Of a stretch of 64,000 nt of DNA, positions 39,407 through 46,856 are shown piece by piece (the first letter of the stretch is position 1; each line of letters begins with the position of its first letter). Source of the stretch: Dehalococcoidia bacterium (GTDB lineage: Bacteria > Chloroflexota > Dehalococcoidia > Plut-88900); contig CBDFLQ010000007.1 in the NCBI GenBank assembly GCA_965249275.1, forward strand, positions 640,001 to 704,000. The letters run 5' to 3'. The translations under genes and the position numbers were made by a program. The notes beneath the pieces were generated by a model, which had not been told where the DNA came from, ran no database searches, and saw nothing but the letters and a program-made list of their open reading frames with translations.

Positions 39407-40855
39407 ATGCCATCTACCATCAAGGAACAGCTCTGGTACGGCGACCACTGGATGGACGTCGACCTCCCGGAACGCACCAGGGTCCTCCAGGCTAATGGCC
39501 ACTCCTCCGCCAAGCCTGTCGCCAACTTGGAAGCCTCTATCAGAGAGGCCATCGCCAACCCCATCGCCCATGACCCCATCCACAAGTTGGTCGGCAAGGG
39601 CGCCAAAGTCACTATTGCCTTCGACGACCCAGGCGGCGTCCAGACCAAGGGCGTCGACTTCCGGCAAGTAGCCATCAGCGTCCTGCTCGAAGAGCTCCAG
39701 AAGGCAGGCGTCGAACTCTCCGACATCCTCCTACTCTGCGCCAACGCCCTCCACCGCAAGTGGACCCGTTCTGAGCTCGCGCCCATTGTCGGCGAGCGCA
39801 TCAGCGTCCTCTGGCCCGCCCAACGCCTCCGCTGCCACGATGCAGAGAACCCTGACGAACTGATATTCCTCGGCGAAACCCACCGCGGCTTCGAGGTAGA
39901 GGTCAACCGAGCCGTCACCGATTCTGACCTCCTCATCTATCTCAACATCACCCATATCCCCTTCGGCGGCGGCTGGAAATCCGTCGCCGTCGGCCTCGGC
40001 ACCTTCCGCAGCATCAGGCACCACCACCGGCCCTTCCCCTTCGCCTCCGGCAAGTCCGTAATGGACCCCAAGATTTCCTCCTTCCACAAGCTCGTTTGGG
40101 AGCAGGGCAAGGTTATTGAAGATCACCTGGCAAAAAAGGGGCGACGCATCTTCAGTATCGAGTCCGTGGTTACAGCAACCGACCCCCCCGAGGTCACCGC
40201 CGTTTTCGCAGGTCACACCCCGGATGTCCACAACCACACTCTTGACGCCCTCAGCTCCCTCCAGGTTTTGGATGTCGACGGGCAGAGCGATATTGGCCTC
40301 TACGGCGTCACCAGCAAGACCGGTTACGCTCACAACTCCTTCATCAACCCGCTCCTGGTCACCGACCAGGGATTTGAATACACCTACAGCATGTTTCAGA
40401 ACCAGCCCCTGATCCGACCGGGCGGCATCATCATCCTCGCCCACCCTTGCAAGAACCAGTTCGACGACATCCACCACCCCTCTTACCGGGAGTTCTACGA
40501 GCGGCTCCTTCCCATGACCCTGGATCCCTACGAGCTTTGGAACCTCTTCTCAGACGACTTCGCCCATCGCCCAGAGTTCATCCACAAGTACCGTTATGGC
40601 TACGGCTACCACGGTTCTCACCCCTTCTTCATGTGGAACACCCGAGGCGCCCCCTCCCGACACCTCTCCGGCATGTTCCTCGCCGGCGCCACCGATTTCG
40701 AGGTCGCGCGCCACATGGGCTTCGAGCCTTTCCACACAGTAGAGGACGCCATCGCTGAGGCGGAAACCCGTCTTGGGAAGGACGCTTCAATCTCCTTCCA
40801 CAAGTCGCCCCCCACCTCCATAGCACGGGTCAACGGAACAAACGGCGCCCACTAG
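39407..40855 (+). CDS. Lactate racemase (LarA/DUF2088) domain protein
   Basis: VTIAFDD, ANALHRK, CHDAE, GGGWKS; AAGGAGA RBS before ATG 39407. Confidence 0.8.
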   Translation: MPSTIKEQLWYGDHWMDVDLPERTRVLQANGHSSAKPVANLEASIREAIANPIAHDPIHKLVGKGAKVTIAFDDPGGVQTKGVDFRQVAISVLLEELQKAGVELSDILLLCANALHRKWTRSELAPIVGERISVLWPAQRLRCHDAENPDELIFLGETHRGFEVEVNRAVTDSDLLIYLNITHIPFGGGWKSVAVGLGTFRSIRHHHRPFPFASGKSVMDPKISSFHKLVWEQGKVIEDHLAKKGRRIFSIESVVTATDPPEVTAVFAGHTPDVHNHTLDALSSLQVLDVDGQSDIGLYGVTSKTGYAHNSFINPLLVTDQGFEYTYSMFQNQPLIRPGGIIILAHPCKNQFDDIHHPSYREFYERLLPMTLDPYELWNLFSDDFAHRPEFIHKYRYGYGYHGSHPFFMWNTRGAPSRHLSGMFLAGATDFEVARHMGFEPFHTVEDAIAEAETRLGKDASISFHKSPPTSIARVNGTNGAH

Positions 40856-40927
40856 CTCCTTAATTCGGGTCCACAGCAACCATTAGTCCGGACAGGCCTT
40901 AGGTTACTTAACTGGAGGAGGTTGAAT

Positions 40928-41995
40928 ATGGAACTGCCGTTTAAGGTGATGGATGCTGATGGCCATATAGCTGAGGACGTCTCCCGGATTAAGGAGTATC
41001 TGGAGCCGCCCTACAACGACAACCTTTGGGTAGGCGTACCCGATAGTCAGGGTCGCGTCGGCCACGCCACCAGCCTGGCCGACACCTCGTTCGTAGACAC
41101 CACTATGGGCGGAAGCATGGGGAGCGTCGGGCCTCCAGGCTATCCATTCCCGAAGGACTGGCTTGAGGCCCTCGAATGGGGAGGGATGGACACCACCTTC
41201 CTGTTCCCGACCAACCTGCTCGGATACGGCAACATCTTCGACCCCGACTACATGCTCGCCCTCACCCGCGCCTACAACAACTACGTCTCCGACGAATGGT
41301 TGAAGACGAGCCCCCGTCTGAGAGCCGTATCCCTCGTGCCACTGCTCGATGTCGGCGAAGGCGTCAAGGAAATGCGGCGCACCATAACTGAGTTGGGTTT
41401 TTCAGGAGTGACAGTCCCCGCACACGGGTTCGGGGGGCTGGGAGACAGGAGGTACGATCCTTTCTATGAAGAGGCCCAGAGCTTGGGGTGCCTGGTTGCC
41501 GTGCATGGAAACACCCCGGAGTACATGCGCTTCAACAAGTTCATCCAGAAGCACACCGCCTCTTTCCCCATGTCTAACATGCTTCAGCTTGTGCATATGA
41601 CCTACGAAGGCATCTTCGAAAGGTTCCCGAATCTCCGGGTGGGATACCTGGAAGGGGGTTGCACTTGGGTCCCATTCTTCATGAATCGGATGGACGAGGA
41701 ATGGGAGAAGCGGGGCCATCTTGAAGCCAAGAGTTGCAAGAAAGAGCCCAGCGAATACATCAAGTCCGACATGGTCTTCTTCCATGCCGAACCCTCCGAG
41801 GATCTCATACCCCAGGTCGTCGAGCTGCTCGGCGAAAACTCCCTCTTCTACGCCTCCGACTGGCCTCATTGGGACAACGAATACCCCGACAATGTCGCCC
41901 AGTTCTGGAATCGCGACGACCTGAGCTACAGCGCCAAGAAAGCCATACTTTCGGACAACACCCGCCGGATGTACGGCATGGGCCCGGACGACTAA
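40928..41995 (+). CDS. Amidohydrolase_2 family protein
   Basis: DADGHIAE, FERFPNLRVGYLEGG, YASDWPHWD; GGAGGAGG RBS. Confidence 0.93.
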   Translation: MELPFKVMDADGHIAEDVSRIKEYLEPPYNDNLWVGVPDSQGRVGHATSLADTSFVDTTMGGSMGSVGPPGYPFPKDWLEALEWGGMDTTFLFPTNLLGYGNIFDPDYMLALTRAYNNYVSDEWLKTSPRLRAVSLVPLLDVGEGVKEMRRTITELGFSGVTVPAHGFGGLGDRRYDPFYEEAQSLGCLVAVHGNTPEYMRFNKFIQKHTASFPMSNMLQLVHMTYEGIFERFPNLRVGYLEGGCTWVPFFMNRMDEEWEKRGHLEAKSCKKEPSEYIKSDMVFFHAEPSEDLIPQVVELLGENSLFYASDWPHWDNEYPDNVAQFWNRDDLSYSAKKAILSDNTRRMYGMGPDD

Positions 41996-42019
41996 AGCCC
42001 CCCCATCCCCAGGGTGGGG

Positions 42020-42095
42020 CCGCTCACCATGTCGTAGATCCGCCGAGGCGGGAGCTTGCTGCAAGTCCGCTGAGGCGGATCGAAGGGTCGAGCGG
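42020..42095 (+). repeat. Family A-like repeat carrying two 21-nt inserts
   Basis: CCGCTCACCATG[42032-42052]AGCTTG[42059-42079]TCGAAGGGTCGAGCGG. Confidence 0.8.
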
Positions 42096-42181
42096 GGGCA
42101 CGCACTGCCAATCCGTCACGTACACACAACCCCACCCAACTCTTTGCACATTGTCATTCCGAGGCTCCGCGAGGAATCTAG

Positions 42182-43377
42182 GAAACCTCTGAACAAGTCT
42201 AAGTGCATAGGTAATAGGTAAGATAAGGAGAGTAAGGCCAAAGCTGAGGTGAGATTTGATGGAGCAGCCGACATTTGCAGACTTGGAATACGAGGGCAAG
42301 AAGCGAAAGACCCGCCGGGAGATATTTCTGGAGCGGATGGAGGACCTGGTTCCATGGGGAAAGTTAGAGGAGCGAATCCGGCCCTACTATTCCAGGGCGG
42401 GCCGTGGACGGAGGCCCTACGAGTTGTCGGTGATGCTGCGGATACACTGCGTGCAGCTGTTCTACAACCTGAGCGATCCGGGCATGGAGGACATGCTCTA
42501 CGAGGTGGAGTCGGTGAGGCGGTTCGCAGGTCTGAGGCTGTCCGGCCCCTTGCCTGACGAGACTACGATACTGAACTTCCGCCATCTGCTGGAAGAGCAG
42601 GAGTTGGGTCGGGGGCTGTTCGAGGAGATCAACCGTCATCTGGAGTCTCGGGGACTGAGGCTCAGGGAGGGTACGATTGTGGATGCGAGCATCATCGAGG
42701 CGCCGGCGTCTACGAAGAACCGTGCTGGAGAGCGAGACCCCGATATGCACCAGGTGAAGAAGGGGAAGGAGTGGCACTTCGGTATGAAAGTGCACATTGG
42801 TGCAGACGCTGACACGGGGGTGGTGCACAGTATGAGTACGACAGCTGCGAACGTGCATGACATGACGGAGGCGCACCGGCTGCTGCATGGAGGGGAGAGG
42901 CGAGTGTGGGGAGATGCGGAATATCAGGGAGTGGAGAAGCGGGCGGAGAATCGGGATATGGATGTGGAGTGGCGGGTGGCGATGAGACCTGGACGGCGTC
43001 GGAAACTGAGGGCGGGGAGCTGCGAGGCCTTGGCGGAGAAGAGCAAATCATCCATCAGGGCTAAGGTGGAGCATCCGTTCCTGTACGTGAAACGGCACTT
43101 CGGCTACGCCAAGGTCCGCTACAGGGGCTTGTACAAGAACACGCAACGGGTGGCGATGCTGCTGGGGCTGGCCAACTTGGTAAGGGCCGAGCGCCACTTA
43201 GCGGTGTGACGGAGGAGCAGTGTGGTCAAATCCGGGTCGATGGTGACTGGATGCCCTGACAGGCCAGAACATAGGATGCAAATAAGCCACCGAGACGCAA
43301 CATTACGACCCAACCTCTCCCCAAAACTCCATGCAAGACAACCTAAGCTGGTTTACAGTGAGTTGTTCAGAGCTTCC
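42182..43377 (+). mobile_element. IS5 family insertion sequence (1196 bp) inserted in a family B repeat
   Basis: Terminal inverted repeats GAAACCTCTGAACAA / TTGTTCAGAGCTTCC (13/15); CTAG target duplication at 42178-42181 and 43378-43381; the joined flanks rebuild repeat B. Confidence 0.95.
42259..43209 (+). CDS. IS5 family DDE transposase
   Basis: LSDPGMED, PDETTILNFRH, VDASII, WHFGMKVH, WGD, RAKVEHPF. Confidence 0.97.
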   Translation: MEQPTFADLEYEGKKRKTRREIFLERMEDLVPWGKLEERIRPYYSRAGRGRRPYELSVMLRIHCVQLFYNLSDPGMEDMLYEVESVRRFAGLRLSGPLPDETTILNFRHLLEEQELGRGLFEEINRHLESRGLRLREGTIVDASIIEAPASTKNRAGERDPDMHQVKKGKEWHFGMKVHIGADADTGVVHSMSTTAANVHDMTEAHRLLHGGERRVWGDAEYQGVEKRAENRDMDVEWRVAMRPGRRRKLRAGSCEALAEKSKSSIRAKVEHPFLYVKRHFGYAKVRYRGLYKNTQRVAMLLGLANLVRAERHLAV

Positions 43378-43384
43378 CTAGGAC

Positions 43385-44113
43385 TTGCCCACTCACCTAC
43401 CGCATTCCCAATCCTCCCCTCTTAACACTCTCCTCCGCCAGGCTCTCGCCGAGCACGCAGACCCCGCGAAGGCCGAGGGCATGAAACGCTACATGAAGTC
43501 GGAGATGCCCTACCGCGGCGTCCAGACGCCCCTGTTGCGCCGACTCTGCAAAGATGTATTTCGCCGCTACCCCATCCCGGACAAGGAAGATTGGCAAGCC
43601 GCGGTGCTGGACTTGTGGAGAAACGCCTCCTATCGCGAGGAACGCTACGCGGCTATAGATCTCGCCGGGGCTAAACGCTACGAACCTTTCCGCACCCTCG
43701 ACACCCAAACCCTTTGCGAGGAGATGATAGTAACAGGCGCCTGGTGGGACTACGTTGACTCCATAGCCTCCCACCGCCTACGAGAGCTACTTGAGAAGTA
43801 CCCCGCCGAGATGTCTCAGGAAATGAGAGCATGGAGCCGTGACCGCGATATGTGGAAGCGCCGCTCTTCAATAATCTGCCAACTCAACCGCAAGTCCCAC
43901 ACCGACCTCGCCCTCCTCTTCGACTGCATCGACCCCAACCTCTCCGACCCCGACTTCTTCATCCGCAAGGGCATCGGCTGGGCCCTTCGCTCTTTGGCCT
44001 GGACGAACCTGGATACGATCGAAGATTACATAGCCCGCAACCGAGACCGTATAAGCCCCCTAAGCCGCCGCGAGGCTTTAAAGAACGCCCAGAAGATTAG
44101 ACATGCCTCTTAA
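43385..44113 (+). CDS. DNA alkylation repair protein (AlkD-like)
   Basis: YMKS, WWDYVD, FFIRKGIGWALR, LSRREALK; the TTG start lies in a repeat remnant. Confidence 0.88.
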   Translation: MPTHLPHSQSSPLNTLLRQALAEHADPAKAEGMKRYMKSEMPYRGVQTPLLRRLCKDVFRRYPIPDKEDWQAAVLDLWRNASYREERYAAIDLAGAKRYEPFRTLDTQTLCEEMIVTGAWWDYVDSIASHRLRELLEKYPAEMSQEMRAWSRDRDMWKRRSSIICQLNRKSHTDLALLFDCIDPNLSDPDFFIRKGIGWALRSLAWTNLDTIEDYIARNRDRISPLSRREALKNAQKIRHAS

Positions 44114-44128
44114 CTCGTCTCCATAGAT

Positions 44129-44273
44129 GAGACCTTTTACAACGTGCAATGAAGGGGCCGGGGCCGCTCGTGCTGTCGTAGATCCGCCGAGGCTGGAGGC
44201 TCTCGAAGTATGAGCGGGGAGGAGGTCATCTGGGTGACACAACAGGTGCGATTTGTAGCTATGCAAGGGTCGC
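44129..44273 (+). mobile_element. Degenerate MITE-like element with a family A core and a 21-nt insert
   Basis: Ends GAGACCTTTTACAA / CTATGCAAGGGTCGC; aligns along its length with 58591-58718. Confidence 0.6.
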
Positions 44274-44337
44274 TAAAGGGGAGAGGATGAGGTTGGCTAT
44301 GGCATCAACACCGGCTTGACCCCAAAGCCCCCGACCC

Positions 44338-45105
44338 CTAACGACCGTTGATCGGAGGCATCCGCACCGGCGGTTTCTTCTGCGAAAGCCGTTTGAGGTA
44401 CTGGAGACCACGCTTCGTATCGCTCGCCACCCTTGCCTTGTCGTGGTTCTCCAACCGGTACTTGAAGAGCCAGTAGGTGAACTCTTTAGCCTCTGTCTCC
44501 GAAAGCACCTTCCCCACAGCCTGCCCCCGACCCTTAACGAAATCCTCCAGCAATACGGCCCGTGTGCCGCCGTAGGCCCTCTGAAAAGCCATATCCGACA
44601 CGTCCCTCTTCGAAGCCAGGCCCGCCGCCATTCGCTCCTTGCTTATCGACTCCACCAAGGCCTTCACCAGAGCCTCCTCTACGTCCACCCCATACCAATA
44701 GTTCAAAAGCGCCCGGTATTTGGACCCGCCGACCATATTCTTAAAGTCGTCGTTGCTCACCTCTATCGGCGGATGTGTCCGCTCCAACAGCTGGGCCAGC
44801 TCCTCCTTGGGTATCAACCCGTCTACGCTGTCACACAAACGGCGGGCCAAGACCATCCAGTCGAAGGCCTCCCCGGCTATCAGGTAGCACAACGGTTGAC
44901 CCTGGTACAACTCATCCGGCGCGGCCCATAACCCTATGGCTTCCAGGAGAGCCGGGTACCAGTGCTTCCCTTCATCTATCGATTCTCGAAGGTGCGCTAT
45001 CGCCGCCTCCGCCGCTTGCGTCCCTTCCTCCGACATCCCCGACTCCCAGGACACCTCCTCATGCAGCTCTTCGGTTACCACGTCTCCACTCTCCTTCGAA
45101 GTCAT
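44338..45105 (-). CDS. Hypothetical helical protein translationally coupled to polX
   Basis: ATGA overlap with the polX stop; 255 aa with native codon bias; no motif I recognise. Confidence 0.8.
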   Translation of the reverse strand: MTSKESGDVVTEELHEEVSWESGMSEEGTQAAEAAIAHLRESIDEGKHWYPALLEAIGLWAAPDELYQGQPLCYLIAGEAFDWMVLARRLCDSVDGLIPKEELAQLLERTHPPIEVSNDDFKNMVGGSKYRALLNYWYGVDVEEALVKALVESISKERMAAGLASKRDVSDMAFQRAYGGTRAVLLEDFVKGRGQAVGKVLSETEAKEFTYWLFKYRLENHDKARVASDTKRGLQYLKRLSQKKPPVRMPPINGR

Positions 45106-46850
45106 CCACCCCTCGCAATCACCGCTCCGCCTTTCAGCGCGGCCCTGAATTCTCTCATTGGCATGGTGTTCAATATGTCTTTCGACTCGCACCAGCCTCT
45201 CTTCGCCATCGACACACCCAACCCCAGGTTTCCGAACTGTTCGGTGGCGTGAGAGTCCGAGTCTATAACTAACTTAACCCCCAACTCCCTGGCCCGATGA
45301 ATATGCTTGTCCTTCAGGTCTAACCTCCCCGGCTGTGCGTCTATTTCCATTGCGGTCCCCGTCTCCCGTGCCGCCTGTAATATAGCCTCTACGTCCATCT
45401 GCACCGGTTCCCGCTCCCCAATTAGCCGGCAGGTCGGGTGCCCGAGGATGTGAACGTTCGGGTTGTGCATCGCCTTGATTATACGGTCCGTCATCACTTC
45501 TTCCGGCTGTCCCATCGCCGAGTGTACCGACGCCACCACCACGTCCAGCTGCTCCAGCAGCTCATCAGGGTAGTCGAGGCTCCCGTCCGACCTGATGTCC
45601 ACCTCCGAGCCTGTCAGCAGTTCAATGCCGTCCAGGCTCTCGTTCAACGCCCTGATGTTGGCAATGTGGTCCCGTAGCCGCTCATTGCTCAGCCCGTTGG
45701 CAATCCCCCGCCCCGAGGAGTGATCGGTAATCGCCAAATACTCCAGACCCGCCGCCCTTGCCGCCAATGCCATCTCCATCAGTGTGTCTCGACCGTCGCT
45801 TTCGTTGGTATGCGCGTGCAGGTCTCCCCGAATGTCATTCCTATCGACCAGAACAGGTATGTCTCCCGCCGCCGCCCGTTCTATCTCGTGCTGCCCTTCT
45901 CTTAGCTCCGGGGGGATGAACTGCAATCCAAGCCGCTCATACAGAGACTCCTCATCAGCGAATATCTCCACCTCCCCAGTATCGAGATTCGTGATCCCGT
46001 ACTCGTTGATGCTCAACCCCGCCCGCCGCGCCCTCTCCCTCAGCAGAACGTTGTGCTGCTGGCTGCCCGTGAAATACTGGATCAACGATCCGTAGACTCG
46101 CTCCTCGACTATCCGTAGGTCGACTTGTATCCCTCGCTGAAGCAGAACGCTCACCTTCTTCGGCCCGTGAACCAAGACTTCAGCGACTTGAGGAAGCTCG
46201 GTAAGGGCCCTGAGCACGGGCTCCGGGTCGTCCGCTGTCCCCATCAGGTCTATGTCCCCGATGGTCTCACGTCGCCTACGCAGGCTGCCCGCCGCCTCCA
46301 ACCGATGCAGCCCCGGTACTCCCCTTAACGCCGATGCCACATCCGCGAACATCGACAGCGCCCGTCCCAGCGATATCCTCCTGTCCTTGGTTCGCAGGGT
46401 CTGCAGATGCCGCAGGATGTTGGCCGCCGCCTTCTCCCCCAGTCCCGGCAATGCGGCCACCGCTCCCTCTTTCAGCGCCGCCTCCAGCCCCTCCAGATTC
46501 GTCACCCCCAGGTCCCGGCTGATCTTAAGTGCGGTTTTCGGCCCGACACCCGGCACGTCCTTCAACTCCACAACACCTTCCGGGAACTCCCCCTTGAGCT
46601 TTTCGTAATATTCCAGTTGCCCTGTCGAAAGCAGCTCCTGCACCTTTTTGTTAATCGCCTGCCCGACACTCGGCACCTTGCCCAGCCCCTCATCACCCTC
46701 CTCCCGGAAAATCTGCGACAGTTCCGTCGGGTGATGCTCGATCGCCCTCGCCGCTTTCTTGTAAGCGCGGGTCTTGAAGACCACCTCGCCCTTCAATTCC
46801 AGCAGGTCGCCGATATTGTTGAATACCGATGCTATTTGAGCGTTGTCCAT
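45102..46850 (-). CDS. polX: DNA polymerase X / PHP 3'-5' exonuclease
   Basis: GSLRRRRETIGDID, VDLR, YFTGS, GDLHAHT, AITDHS, DSDSH. Confidence 0.96.
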   Translation of the reverse strand: MDNAQIASVFNNIGDLLELKGEVVFKTRAYKKAARAIEHHPTELSQIFREEGDEGLGKVPSVGQAINKKVQELLSTGQLEYYEKLKGEFPEGVVELKDVPGVGPKTALKISRDLGVTNLEGLEAALKEGAVAALPGLGEKAAANILRHLQTLRTKDRRISLGRALSMFADVASALRGVPGLHRLEAAGSLRRRRETIGDIDLMGTADDPEPVLRALTELPQVAEVLVHGPKKVSVLLQRGIQVDLRIVEERVYGSLIQYFTGSQQHNVLLRERARRAGLSINEYGITNLDTGEVEIFADEESLYERLGLQFIPPELREGQHEIERAAAGDIPVLVDRNDIRGDLHAHTNESDGRDTLMEMALAARAAGLEYLAITDHSSGRGIANGLSNERLRDHIANIRALNESLDGIELLTGSEVDIRSDGSLDYPDELLEQLDVVVASVHSAMGQPEEVMTDRIIKAMHNPNVHILGHPTCRLIGEREPVQMDVEAILQAARETGTAMEIDAQPGRLDLKDKHIHRARELGVKLVIDSDSHATEQFGNLGLGVSMAKRGWCESKDILNTMPMREFRAALKGGAVIARGG

Positions 46851-46856
46851 ATCGAA

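Noticed and set aside
42900-42930. IS5 transposase inactivated by DAEY in place of the usual DAGY
   Set aside because: All three DDE residues and the frame are intact. The effect cannot be judged from sequence, so it is not called a pseudogene.
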